Source: Camelus dromedarius (lineage: Eukaryota). Taken from it: a DNA stretch of 64,000 nt. Below the pieces are notes generated by a model. It had not been told where the DNA came from. It saw only the letters and a program-made list of their open reading frames with translations, and did not search any database. The translations under genes were made by a program, and so were the position numbers. The DNA lies in the NCBI RefSeq assembly GCF_036321535.1, contig NC_087465.1:8742001-8806000 (forward strand), in the 5' to 3' direction. This document shows positions 1 through 12,225 of the stretch, in pieces. Positions within the stretch are counted from its first letter, which is position 1. Each line of letters begins with the position of its first letter.

Positions 1-27
1 GTGTAAGGAATTTCTATCAAATATAGC

Positions 28-172
28 GTCTCATTTAATCAGAACAACCACCCTATAAATTAGGTATTATTATTATTTGCTGTATTTTACAGATAAAAAA
101 AATATAAGCCTCAGAAAAATTCAGCTGCCACTACCAGTAAAGAGTGGAGCCAGGACTCGAACCCTGGTCTTC
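28..172 (-). mobile_element. MIR SINE fragment
   Basis: ctcatttaatc...accctat...tattttacagat...gagccaggactcgaaccc resembles the reverse complement of the MIR core. Confidence 0.7.
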
Positions 173-1604
173 TCATGGAGTCTAATATAATGACTAAGGG
201 CTTACTACGTGCCAAGAAATTCTTATATCAATGAAACTATATCCTTGTACTGTAATTAATGTCCTCTAGATAGATGTGTTGTCAAACAGAGGGAAGGCAA
301 GTATTAATGGTTCATACTGCACTAAATACCTGGATTTCATGTATCTAGATAGCTATCTATAGATAAATAGATATAGACAGATAAAGACCTATATCTATAT
401 GCAAGTCTTCACTTCTTCATGTTCACACAGAGTAGGAGGAAACAAAAAAGAAAAACAATAGAAGTGGGGGATAAACTGGATCTATCTGAAACTCAGTGGA
501 TTCTGTTCCACGAGGCCCTAATACTGCACACATGAGCCCAGACAGGTTTCACACACCTTCTTAGACCATCCACACCTCACAAGGCATATGCTTCGGTGAA
601 GACAGACCATACCAATGCAATATGTTTGTAAGATGCACAAGTTGACAACGTGGGGCAAGTTGCCAATTCTGCATTCCTGAAAATGATTCTAAGTAATGGC
701 CCTAGTTTAACAGTACTGAGCTCCACAAAGAGAGTCCAGAGTTTATTCTTGTTTCCAGAACCGTCCAGATCAACACAATTCTGGTTCCACTTTTTTCCAC
801 CAATATATCTTTATTCACCTCTCAGTCCTCCCCTGGGGCCACAGGTAACCATGAAAGTGGCTTGATTTAAGGGCAAAAAGAAAAGACACACACAGAAATG
901 CAGCACTGAGTTTGGAATCACCAGTTTCTACAGATTAAAAAGAAAAGAACCAAAGTTCCCTTCAGAAAACAAAGGAACATGACATCAGACAAGAGGCAGA
1001 CACACAGCCACATGCAGGGAGTTTCTCAAGTTTCATGGCAACTGGGAGACAGAAAGGAGGGGATGTATAAAAGAGCACCAGTGACGTGTGTTTCCTGGGG
1101 CAAATGTAAATTCCTACAGCCTCATACCTCAAAGTCAAATCTCATATTCAGGGCAGACAGATTTTTCGAGAACATGAGTCACCTCTCCACAACAACTTAT
1201 GGTTGCACCCACTGTAAGATGATTTTTGATGCTGACAGATATTCACAGATGTCTACACTCAGCCCCCTGCCTGGACTTCCAAATTCCACCTATTCAACAG
1301 GTTCAGACAAAACAAGATTGTAACGTTACACCCAAGTAGTCAGATTTAGGGATAATTATGTACTTGTTAAGCTGCAAACAAAAAAACCCAGTAAGAACAT
1401 ATGATTCATGCCCTATTTACACAAGCATTATATTTTCAGTATCCAACATAACATAAATTATGCATGTTAGAGTTTCGTAACTTTATATAATCCTGCACAT
1501 GAAATAGGTACCCCAGGCCCTTCTTAGAATTATGTCTACCAAAGGTTTCAATCGCTAACACGACGATCATCATTACAATACTTTTAAAACACAATGTTTC
1601 ACAT

Positions 1605-2093
1605 CAGGGGTCAGCAAACTATGACCAGTGGGCCAAATGTAGCCCATAGTCTATTTCTATATGGCTAATGAGTTCAGAATGGTTTTTACGGGTTTTTACA
1701 GTTTTAAATATAGTTGACCCTTGAACAATATGGGGGTTAGGAGCATTGACACCCCACACACACACACAGTTGAAAAGCTACTTAAAACTTTACAGTTAGC
1801 CCTCCCTGTCCCTAGTTCTGCATCCAAGGATTCAACCAATGACGGATTCAGCCAACCATGGATCAAGCAGCACTATAATATTTACTATTGAAAAAAAATC
1901 CACGTTAAGTGGCCCTACACATTCAAACCCATGTTGTTCAAGGGTTAATTCTTATTGTTTTTTAAAAAATTCAAAAAATATAACAAAAAAGTAAATAAAA
2001 ACAAGTAAGACCATGTAACAGAGAGCACACATGGCCTGTAAAACCTAAAACATTACTCTCTGGCCTTCTACAGAAAAAGTTCAGTGACTTATT
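1605..2093 (+). mobile_element. MER58-type hAT-Charlie element, split by a Tigger2-type insertion
   Basis: Starts caggggtcagcaaactatgaccagtgggccaaat and ends tggcctgtaaaacctaaaacattactctctggccttctacagaaaaagtt, both typical MER58 termini. Confidence 0.8.
1711..1953. mobile_element. Tigger2/MER28-type non-autonomous Tc1-mariner element
   Basis: Terminal inverted repeats tagttgacccttgaacaa (1711-1728) and ttgttcaagggttaattc (1934-1951), TA at the left flank, and internal ggattcaaccaa and aaaaaaatccacgttaagtgg motifs. Confidence 0.8.
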
Positions 2094-3167
2094 TTAAATG
2101 ATGAGTTGCAAATCAAACTGTTTTATTTTACTTTATTTATTTTATATGACTTATTTTATTTAATGAGGTGTAACAATACCACACACCTGAACTCAGGGAT
2201 GGAGGCTTTAATCTCTCATGATGGACAGTGGCTGCCCAAAGTACCAGGTAGAAAACTCTGAGATGGCACTCAGACATGGCAGAAAGGATGCTGCTATCAA
2301 GCAGTGAAGCCTGCACAGATGGAGGAGGGTGAAATGGGGAATGGGGTGGGGGGAGCCCCACACATTGCCCTCCCTGCCTTATCTCTTAGGGAGAGATTTT
2401 TAAAGTGTAGTTCTATTTAAACATGCAATTAAATATGCAAGGGTAAGAAACACATTAACAATGCAAGACTACGGAGCAAAAAGTCAGCCTGGCCTGGAAT
2501 AGATCACACCACATGTTTTGATCTGAACGCTAGCTTTGACTGAAATTAGCTTTGCAGAGCTGCATAAATTAATACTTACACCCAGAAAATTCAGGTCATT
2601 TTTCCCACTGGGCATCCCTACAAATGTGGTCAGGTGCTCTAGAATCCTGGAGACTCTACACCCAAGCTTTACAATCAAGCACTTAGATCATTTTAGCAAA
2701 TATTCATAAATATTACAGGAGTCTCACAATAGCCACGGATGGCCTGGCTGGCTGCTCCCGTGTAGCAGGTGACATATTCCTATGTGTCAGTCCTCTTCCT
2801 CCACCTGTGAAGGAGGAGAAACCGATCTCCAAAGAGGCGGACCACTTCCAGGTCTGCAGTTGGAGGTTGAGAGCAGGAAGCAAATTCCTTTTAACTCTGA
2901 CAAGGACAGGAGCCAGAAGCACCACCTCGCCGCCGTACTTCGGTTTCAAAAGCACAGCATGCTATATTTCGGTGGCATGGCTTCAAAATGTATTACCTCA
3001 TCAATTCATTTCTGAAAAAGTCAAAATAGTGGAGGCAGTCTATTTTGCCAACACTTTGAATCAAAGCTGTTTTGAGTTCTTCAGGCACCAGAAAGCGGCG
3101 TTACTTAATGAGCCACATCCTCTCCCAGCACTGGTGCCGCTTTTGGGTTCAGAACTGAACAGAACAT

Positions 3168-3430
3168 AGTCATTCACTTGTTCATTCATTCAGCAAATAC
3201 TGATCGAGGGTGGACGAGCTGTCAGATACTCTGCTTGGTGATCAAAACACAGTTTCTGGACTCAGAACCTAGGAGAAGAGGTAGATGAGTATGGGGCAGG
3301 GTAACAAGTGCTGTGAGAGGAAAAGTTTAAGGTTCTGGGAGAGGATGGAGAAGGGGCGCTTAGCGCAGATCTGTGGGGACAGGGAGTCGGGAAAGGCTTT
3401 CCACAGAAGCTGAAGCCTCTGCTAAACTCC
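3168..3430 (-). mobile_element. L2 LINE 3' fragment
   Basis: cattcattcagcaaatactga tail followed by degenerate L2 3' sequence (gggaaaggctttccacagaag). Confidence 0.55.
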
Positions 3431-3759
3431 CAAAGACAGAAACCAGGCAACACGACTTGGCTGCACCAGCACCTGTGAGCTCAGGGAGTGGACACCCTGG
3501 CTCTCCAGAGGGCAGCAGGGACTTGGAGGGGAGCATGATACACACGGGATGGCTCGGGTGGGACTGGACACAGCCGTGGAGCAGCAGGGACTGGGCCACA
3601 CCCAGCTCTTCTCTGCTCATCAACTTAATGAAGCACTTGTATATACTCTCTTTGGGAGACCTCTTTTTAGGGCAGGGACATAAAGATTATAACAGCATAA
3701 AAATGTATAACAAAACTACCATGAGTTCTGGGGAGAGTGTATGTTCCAAGGAGTCCTTC

Positions 3760-4210
3760 TGTATTAGTATGCTGGGGCCACCATAACAAAGTAGCACATG
3801 CTTGGTGGCTTAAACAACAGAAATGCATTGCCTCCCAGTCCTGGAGCCTGGAATTCCAAAATCAAGATGGCGGCAGAGTTGGTTCCTTCTGGGGGCTCTG
3901 AGTAAGTGTGTTCCATGCCGCCCCCTAGTCGGTGGTGTGCTAGCTGTCTTCGGCATCCCTTGCAGATGGTGTTCTTCTGCTGTCTCCACATCATTGTCCT
4001 TCTGTACCTGTCTTTTTCTCTTCACACGTGTTCTTTTAATAAGGACACCAGTCATATTGGCTTAGGGGCTCACCCTACTCCAGTATGATCTCATCTTTAA
4101 TCATATCTGCCATGGCCCTATTTCTAAATAAGGTCACAATCTGAGGTATTGGGGGGTGAGAACTTCAACATATGAATGGGGTGGGGAGGAGCACAGTTCA
4201 ACCCATAACG
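3760..4210 (-). mobile_element. MLT1 (MLT1B/C-like) ERVL-MaLR solo LTR
   Basis: tgtattagt...cataacaaagtagcac...aaggacaccagtcatattgg...aaataaggtcacaatctgaggtattgggggtgagaacttcaacatatgaat...aacccataac. Candidate 5-bp TSD ccttc/ccctc. Confidence 0.9.
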
Positions 4211-5211
4211 CCCTCATACCTGACAAAGGAACTCTCTTCCTGCTTCTCCCCACAAAGCAGCAGCAGCAGCAATGACCATCTAGCGACGCCTACAAGTGGA
4301 AGGGACCGGGGTCCCGTCCCGGGAGCCAGGGCCTCAGGGTGCCAGGGCACCAGGGACAGGGAACCACAGGAAAAGCCCAGCGTAAGGACAGAACTCTCCC
4401 CATTTCAGCTTTGAATCCCTAGCATTACACCCCCAAACCGGCCTTTAACCGGCCCTGGTCACTGGCTCACGAAAGATGGAGTGAGGCCCCCAGAGGTGAG
4501 CAGTCTCTCAGTGTGCCCAGCACCCGCAGCCAGGTCGGGGCGCCCTCCCTAACCACGCAAAATAGGCTCTCTCCTGTCGTCAGGTCAGGAGGCACCAGGC
4601 CGGGTGCTGGAAGCAGTACCCACAGGCCAGGTGAGGACGGAAAGGAGGACAGGGCAGGAGGAAGACTGGAGGGTACCTGGCCGTGTCCTGTTTGAGAGGC
4701 TGGAGCCCACGGCCCAGTGTTATTTTAGAATCTGGTAAGTCACACCAGCACAGCATCACCCGCCTGCAGTCACCCTCCTGCCAGTGGGGGAATTAGGCTA
4801 ATTATGTCTCCAGGCAGGTATTCCCCTAGTTTCAGGGGAATGTAGACACAAGTAGGAAAGTTGCTGTGGAAAGGCAACCGTGGGCCTCGACAGGGTGGCG
4901 AGTGAGCCGTGAATGAATTTCCCCAAAGGCCTGTCCTCCTCAGAGCCCTTGCAGTCACATCTGAGCTCAACTGCTAGAAGCAGGACAGACGAGACCTCAA
5001 ATGGGGACATTTAGGAGGCTTGCCTGCCACGGGTGTCAGCTCACCTAATTCCAACCTCCTTAGTTCACAGATGGGGAAACTGAGGACTCAAGACACAGGG
5101 AGACTCACGTGAGGTCCCCCAGCGAGAGAATCACCATAAACCCCCCGCCATCAAAGCTTCCCTTCAGAGCTCTTTCACGGCACCCCTCTGCCTCGAGCTG
5201 CTTGCCGCCCT

Positions 5212-5552
5212 GTGCTAGTTCCGCCGCAACAAGTGCAGCCGGAAATGTATTTTCCCAAAATTCTGGAGGNNNNNNNNNNNNNNNNNNNNNNNNNNNNNNN
5301 NNNNNNNNNNNNNNNNNNNNNNNNNNNNNNNNNNNNNNNNNNNNNNNNNNNNNNNNNNNNNNNNNNNNNNNNNNNNNNNNNNNNNNNNNNNNNNNNNNNN
5401 NNNNNNNNNNNNNNNNNNNNNNNNNNNNNNNNNNNNNNNNNNNNNNNNNNNNNNNNNNNNNNNNNNNNNNNNATCTCCAGAGTCATATTCTAAGTTACTG
5501 GGAGTTAAGGTCTCAACATATGAATTTAAGGGGCTAGGATTCAGCCCATAAC
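5212..5552 (-). mobile_element. MLT1B-like solo LTR with its centre masked
   Basis: Flanks gaaatgtattttcccaaaattctggagg and atctccagagtcatattctaag...tctcaacatatgaattt...attcagcccataaca match the two ends of MLT1. Confidence 0.8.
5270..5472. other. N run, 203 nt (inside MLT1)
   Basis: Read directly from the sequence. Confidence 0.99.
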
Positions 5553-7485
5553 ACTCCCCCAGAGTTTTCTCACAAGAGTTCCTTCTCCATAACTTGCTTT
5601 GCTGGTGCCATGTGACCCTGCTCTTCTGATGAAAGCTATTAAAAGGGGCCAGTGAGCTCCCAGGATTCCATCTCCTAGGAGCCCAGCACTCGAAGTTTTG
5701 CTGGGACCACTCCACCCAGTAAGGACAATGGTGGAACAATTTAGGCTCTTCAGGGGGTGGTCTGAATTCAAGACACGAAGAAAGCACTGAGCTGGCGCTG
5801 AGTTCAGCAGAAGCAAAGGAGCAGGCTAGGAGAGCAGAGGCCACAGGACAGTGAGCTCTAGAGTGGAACCACAGCCCTGCCGCTGATGGAGCGAGGACAC
5901 GCGGACACTAGAGCCAGGCTGGACTCTAATGAACGTCCAACCACCACATTGCTTAGGCTCCGGAAGGTCCCCAAGCTGTGTCTGCATTTTGAAGCTACCG
6001 GTGTATGATCCTCCGTATTTCCAGGAGTGTCTTGATGTTAAAATCCAATCAACAAATCAATGTCACTAACGTCTGAAACAACTGTAGCAGATGGAAAGAA
6101 CCAAGAACCCTTCTCTAGATCACTCTTTCCTCTTCTCATATAGAAAACGCACATGCCCTGTGGCAAAGGAAAAACTCAAGCATGTGCGATTTTCTCTGAG
6201 GCTGTGAAAGTCATGAGAGGTTGAAACAGAGCTGAAATTGCCCTGCTCCCTGAATAAATGGGAAAAACAATGGGAAGCAAGAGCCTGGAGAAGCAGGATC
6301 TACGATGCTCCCACAGCAGCGACAGCACTCTTCCTCTCTGTCCCCTGAGTTATGTGTCAGACAAATCTGATTCCAGATGCAGTGGAATGAAGGAAGAATG
6401 GTGATTCATTCAGCAAACCAACCGTGAAAGTCCTCCCCTCTGATGTACTCCTCACTGTCCTTCTGAGAACACGTCAAAACAGACATTTCAGGAGTCCCAT
6501 GTCGTTTACCTCCTTGCTTCTGGGTCACCCCTTTACGCGACAGTTCGTTACCTGCTGCCCTTCTCACGAGGTCCCTCTAGGTTTTTAAGCAGTTAGATTC
6601 CACCTTTTGCCATTACATTAGAAAAAAATGATTTATTTTTGGTACTTATCTTTCTCCCTTTTAGATTAAGCCCTCTGTTTCTTTGCCCGCATCTGCTATT
6701 CTGCTCTAGACTCACTTCAATTTGCCTTCATCTTTTGATAGCTATGGTCCCCAAACACACTACAAGATTTCACAGTCATGAGCTGTAAGCCCCTCTGGGG
6801 TGGAAAACAGGTCCCCGGTGTTCATTCTGTTTCCCCACTAGGTCTGTGCATGCGCCTCACACAGAAGGCAGAGAAGAGATGGCAACCGACTCATTCCTTT
6901 ATTCAGGTTATTTGTGGACACACGGTCACTTCTCTTCCAGTGCAGTGGGACTCTTCACATATCCCACATGGAAACACTAAGATTCTGGACCTCTCTTACC
7001 TTTGTAAATGATGCTCAGTTAATCACTGTCTCCTGGAACATCTTCCCTTGTGGACCCGAAGTACCAGTTTACTTCTCACTCCTGAGTCTTTCCATAAGCT
7101 CTGGAAAAATCCAGATGTGTAACAGAAATTCTTCTCCGACCCTCAACTTGCTCAATTGCCAACGGAAGAATTGGAAGTTGGTCAGAAAAACATCTTAACC
7201 TTCGAGCTACTTCCCCCAGCAACTCAGAGGTCCCTGGACCAAACCTTCCTCTTTAGAATGAACGTTTTGGCAAGAGATGCCCTAAAAGTCTTCAGAGGCA
7301 AAACCACGCTGACAATAGCTGATAAGGATGCTACAGGGTTAGCTGAGCAAATACATTCTGTATCTCCTATGGGAACTGGCTGGGGGGAGGGGGAGAAGCC
7401 TATGTGGATGGGGAAAAAAAAAGGTGACTTTTTTCTAATCATGCCTAAGTATCCCTTTTTCTGTAGAACAGTTGAGCTGTTAACT

Positions 7486-7625
7486 NNNNNNNNNNNNNNN
7501 NNNNNNNNNNNNNNNNNNNNNNNNNNNNNNNNNNNNNNNNNNNNNNNNNNNNNNNNNNNNNNNNNNNNNNNNNNNNNNNNNNNNNNNNNNNNNNNNNNNN
7601 NNNNNNNNNNNNNNNNNNNNNNNNN
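7486..7625. other. N run, 140 nt (unique flanks)
   Basis: Read directly from the sequence. Confidence 0.99.
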
Positions 7626-8102
7626 ATTAGCGAGTGAATCATTAGCCATGAAATCATGTCGACTTTCCCGACTGCAGCGCTCTTGACATGACAGCGATCG
7701 CAGCCTGCCTTTCATTATCACCCCGAGAAGTTCTTCAGTCTGTCAGGAAAACAACAGCCACTTGGAAAACTTTTAGGCTCAGCCTCAGAAAGTCAACTGC
7801 TCCATCAGGCCACGTACAGCATCTCAAAGAAAGACAGGGTTGCGAGTTAGCTCCGGGAGCGTCTAGGCGAGTTCGCCCAGGCTGGGTGCATCGAAGCCTC
7901 GCTGCGGTCCACGCCTGCAGTTAAAACGCAGCTTTATTTTGTAAGCACTAGCTTGTGGTCACTTGGGAGAGTGGGATCTAAGTGGAGTCATGATAAATAC
8001 TTTCACCTGACCTATACGCATCCCTCATGGGAGTCTTCACGTGTGGAGGACATCCCTGCCATCTTCGGTCTTGTTTTTGCAAAAGGAATGGAAGAGGTGA
8101 GT
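7626..8102. promoter_or_regulatory. CpG-retaining unique element, candidate enhancer or promoter/first exon
   Basis: 18 CpGs hand-counted in 7626-7931, TALE-type TGACAG motifs, and a consensus donor GAG|GTGAGT at 8096/8097. No repeat similarity recognised. Confidence 0.4.
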
Positions 8103-8974
8103 TCCTCTTTTCACCGGATGTGAAAAAGGCGGTGAGGCACTTAGGAGGGACCAGTCCGTTGAACCGTGCCCTTGGGTCCACACAGCGCTGACACTCCAGG
8201 GAGACGTGTTTCATCCTTAACTCGCTCCCTTCTTTAGATCCACCTCTCAAAACTACACCTGAGGGGACATTGGCCTCAGTTCCCACCACAAGCAGAGACT
8301 GAGACAAAGGCTTGTGTGGACCTGGAGGAGGGGAATGGGAAGGGAAGAAACCCAACACTAGGTGCCACCGCCTCCAGCAACTTGGCTACATCCCGCTGGA
8401 GCTTCCTGATGGTCTATGAAAGGTGGCTCAGTACTGTCTGCGAGGAGAGGAAAGGAGGACACTCTTGTCCCCTGGCTGCTGCTCCCGTCTGTCAGAGGTG
8501 GCCCTACAGGGGTCACATGTGTGCGGGCAGAGCACTTCCCTTGGCTGCCCCACAAGGAGCACCAGCAACACCCAGGATAGTGCAGCCAAAGCAAGACGCC
8601 ATCTGGCTGTTGCTCTATGAGTCTTGCAAAGCCTTCCTAGAGCTGGTCCCTCAGCCTAAGAGGTGAGCCATTAAGGTTTGGGAGAAATCGTGTTGATAGG
8701 TGTTTTCAGAAACAGAGGTGTAGCTGTTCATGTCAGGTAGGATGTCAACTAATTGACAGAGTGAATGATCTCCCCAGAAGTCTGAGTAAACAACGACATT
8801 AGTAATAATTTTTACGCTGAAAATGACAGCAAACTTAGAATGGAGTACAGCTGAGACCAGGAAACAGGAACTGGCGTGGGTCCCTTTCACAGCCCTCCAA
8901 ACAGCAGGTGAATCTGAAAAGCAATGACTGAAATTTCTTCAATGAACATTGAGCTGGAAAGCTCCCCAGTGCTG

Positions 8975-8977
<3 letters not shown>

Positions 8978-9012
<35 letters not shown>

Positions 9013-9020
9013 CGTGTGTG
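8978..9020. repeat. (GT)n microsatellite
   Basis: (GT)15 perfect at 8978-9007, then an imperfect GCGT/GT extension. Confidence 0.97.
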
Positions 9021-11764
9021 CAAAACAATCGGTCTGAATCACAAACTTTCAGAGCTGAGAAGCAGCTTGGAAGTCATCTCATCCAAGCCCTAGATTATTA
9101 CAACCAAGCAAATCAAGCAACTTCAGATTCCGCTGCCAGGTGGTGGTAAAGTCCATCCTGAACCCAGACTGTCTTTCTCTTGCCAACAAACTTGAACCAG
9201 AGGACCAGTTTCACCATCTGATGGGAGCATGGCACTCTGAGTGAGATGGATTTGAAATCTAGAGAGGGTCATTTTGTAACACCCCGCTCCTCTTCACAAC
9301 AAAAATACATTCATAGTAGCCATGACACGTAACAAATAAAGATAACAGCCAAAAAAGAATTGCAAACAATGAAAAAATTTTCAGGTACTGCAAAAATATA
9401 TGCCAGGGAAAACATTAAAAAGTTTAAATTAAAATAAATATTATAGTACAAAAAAGACCAAAAAAAAAAAAAGCACAACTATTTATTCAATGGTTTTTAA
9501 ATACACCTAACAGCTTGAACTTTGATCCATAGGTTACAGTTTGATATAATAATATTCTATGTAAATCATTGTCTGGTAGATAACTTATAAATTTAATAAA
9601 ACCAGAGTGTCTGGACATAGTACAATTTAGGAATTATCAAGCGGTGCCACTTGTGTAACTTTTCATTTTCTTAATTTTATAATAGATCTAAATCAATTAA
9701 TAATTTTACAAGACTATACTTCGATTTTAAATGCATACATAAATTCCATAAAATGTGTCATGCAGAGCTAAAACTAGTCTTTATCAACAAAAATGTTACA
9801 CTTGCTGTTTGCAGTTGGTTTTACTGTTTTAAATTGTAGTCACCAACAAAAACTCCAAGTAGTCACATAGAATGACAGAACAGAAGAAACACAAATTCTC
9901 TTTCTTCATCTTGACAATCACTGCACTACTGTGGTTTATTTCTACTCTATTTGTTTAAATTCAGGAATGTGTCATACCCCAGGGATCAGCATACGTACTA
10001 CACCCAAAGCAAGCCGGGACAATTCTGAACCATAAGAACTTCCTCCTGAGATGAACACATTGTAGTATTTACGCAAAGGGGGCCAACTTTGTAACCAGTA
10101 AGCGTTAATAAATTAACTTTGGTGTGGATTATCATGTTTCTTAAAGGACAAGGAATAACAGTACACTAACTAAATTATTAAACTCAACAGTAACCCCAAG
10201 AATGGTCAGCACTTAGATCACAAGTTTTTTCAAGAGTATTTTGTCACTGATGTTGTTTAGAATTGCTAGCAAATGGGACGATAAAGAGCAAACCAGCTTT
10301 TGGTCAGTTTTATCATTGTTTTTGAATTCTCTACAGATGACTCACCTCGTCTTGTGTGCCTCTGACCATTCTGTATCATGAATTTCATTCTTATCAATGA
10401 CAACAGGGTGGCTCTGGTTTAAGAGCATGGGGTCCAGCCTAGCACATGCCAAGAGTGTCGCCAGGACTGACCCTTTCTCCAAACATGCTCCCTTCTTTCT
10501 GCTCATGTTCTGAAATGATGACAGAGCTTTATTTCCCTGTCACCTATTTCTGAGCTTTGACTTCAGCCACCTTTTTCTATCAAAAATTTCTCCCATAAAG
10601 AGTTTTGGTTCTTAAGCTTGTTCACAATGCAGAGACAAAGGAAAAGAAACCAACCAGCACTTAAGACCCCAGCATTTCAACCACGACTTTTTAAAAGTCA
10701 CATGCCTGCCCATGTGTATAGAAACCATACCTTCAGTGCTCCATAACTCTGCTCGTGTTTAAATATTAATTAGATTTAATCAGGTCAACGTGACTGTGTC
10801 CAGTAAGTGATGAACCAGGGGAGGGACAGCAAAATAATACTTTCTAGTGGCTCATGCACCTGCGTATACATGAGGAATCCAAGAAATGAGAGAGGTCAAA
10901 AGACTTTCTGATAGTCACACAGAAATTAGTTGTGGACTAGTTTTCTCATCCCCCGCTTAGATCTTTACACTTAAAAGCCATGTTCCCTGCACACATTAGC
11001 TAGAATCCAGAGTAGGAAAATGCCACTGAAACGCACGAAACTACTCAGACACATGGCAGTGCACAGTCAAGTGCTACAATGAGACCCTTGGAAATTGAGG
11101 GAGCTGAAGACTGACTGGAGATGTGAAGAAAGAGCTGGTGGCTGCAATGAGGCTTGAGGCTGGTCTAAGAGGCTCTTCTGGATGAAAGAAAATGGAGGAG
11201 GAATGGGTTCCTCCAGTCGCCTTCAGCAAAGGCATCGGAGCCCTTTGTGAGTGAAGTGAACTACAGCAGGCAAGTCCTCTGGCCACTCTGAGCCCATTTT
11301 ATTCTCCCCTAAACAAGGAAGGGGAGGAGTTGTAATAACACAGAGAAATTGTATTCACCAGAAGCCCTCATGAAATGAGCCTGTCTTTATTAGAAAGAAA
11401 TACCTGGGTAAGTAAAAGCAGACTCAAGTACCAAAGATGTTCCAGTAACCATGTAAACTAAGAATTTACATTTTTTTCTGAGATGGAGTAAGAGAGTGAG
11501 AAGAGAGGGGGAAAAAGAGGGAGAGGGAGGCCAAAATGGTAGAATGTGGTACAGAATATAACGTGACCCCCTTCTAATGGCCTCTCAGATGCTCATTAAA
11601 GCACACCCCAAGTCACAACATGCTTAGTGTGATGAGATTTCTTTTGGACACTGGTAGTGGCTGGAGGTCTGCATCCCAGGTGGTGATGGGCAAAAACAGG
11701 TGTAGCATCAGGATGTGGGGAGTCAACAGGCTTCTATGCTACACTGTACACTATGAGGGCTCTA

Positions 11765-12225
11765 TGTTTATTACCTGGGCTTCTGTGACAAATGGCCACN
11801 NNNNNNNNNNNNNNNNNNNNNNNNNNNNNNNNNNNNNNNNNNNNNNNNNNNNNNNNNNNNNNNNNNNNNNNNNNNNNNNNNNNNNNNNNNNNNNNNNNNN
11901 NNNNNNNNNNNNNNNNNNNNNNNNNNNNNNNNNNNNNNNNNNNNNNNNNNNATCCGTGGAATTCCTCGGCTTGTACCTGCATCATTTCAAACTCCACCTC
12001 TGTCATCACATGGCCTTCTTCCCTGTGCATCTCTGGGTCTCTCTAAATTTCTCTGTCTTTATAAGGACAGCAGTCAGTGGATGTAGGGCCCATTCTAATC
12101 AATTATGACCTCATCTTAAGTAATTATATCTGCAACAACCTTATTTCCAAACAAGGCCACATTCACAGGTACCAGGGTTAGGACTTTAAGCTATCTTTTG
12201 GAATGACACGATTCAACTTACAATA
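11765..12225 (-). mobile_element. MLT1D-like solo LTR, partly masked
   Basis: gggcttctgtgacaaatggccac...gcatcatttcaaactccacctctgtcatcacatggccttcttccct...ataaggacagcagtcagtggatgtagggccc...ccttatttccaaacaaggccacattcacaggtaccagggttaggact. Confidence 0.88.
11800..11951. other. N run, 152 nt (inside MLT1)
   Basis: Read directly from the sequence. Confidence 0.99.

Noticed and set aside
346-359. 14-bp perfect palindrome tagatagctatcta
   Set aside because: It lies in a degenerate GATA/TATC low-complexity tract where such palindromes arise readily.
5109-5844. ORFs of 93-209 aa around the first N run
   Set aside because: They are long only because N codons cannot be stops, and they overlap an MLT1 LTR.
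7156-7721. ORFs spanning the second N run; MANDSLAN resembles the MAP4K4 start MANDSPAK
   Set aside because: The similarity is limited to five residues, the frame starts further upstream, and no kinase exons appear elsewhere in the window.
10047-10070. tgagatgaacacattgtag resembling miR-143
   Set aside because: It mismatches the mature sequence at several positions and has no precursor hairpin.
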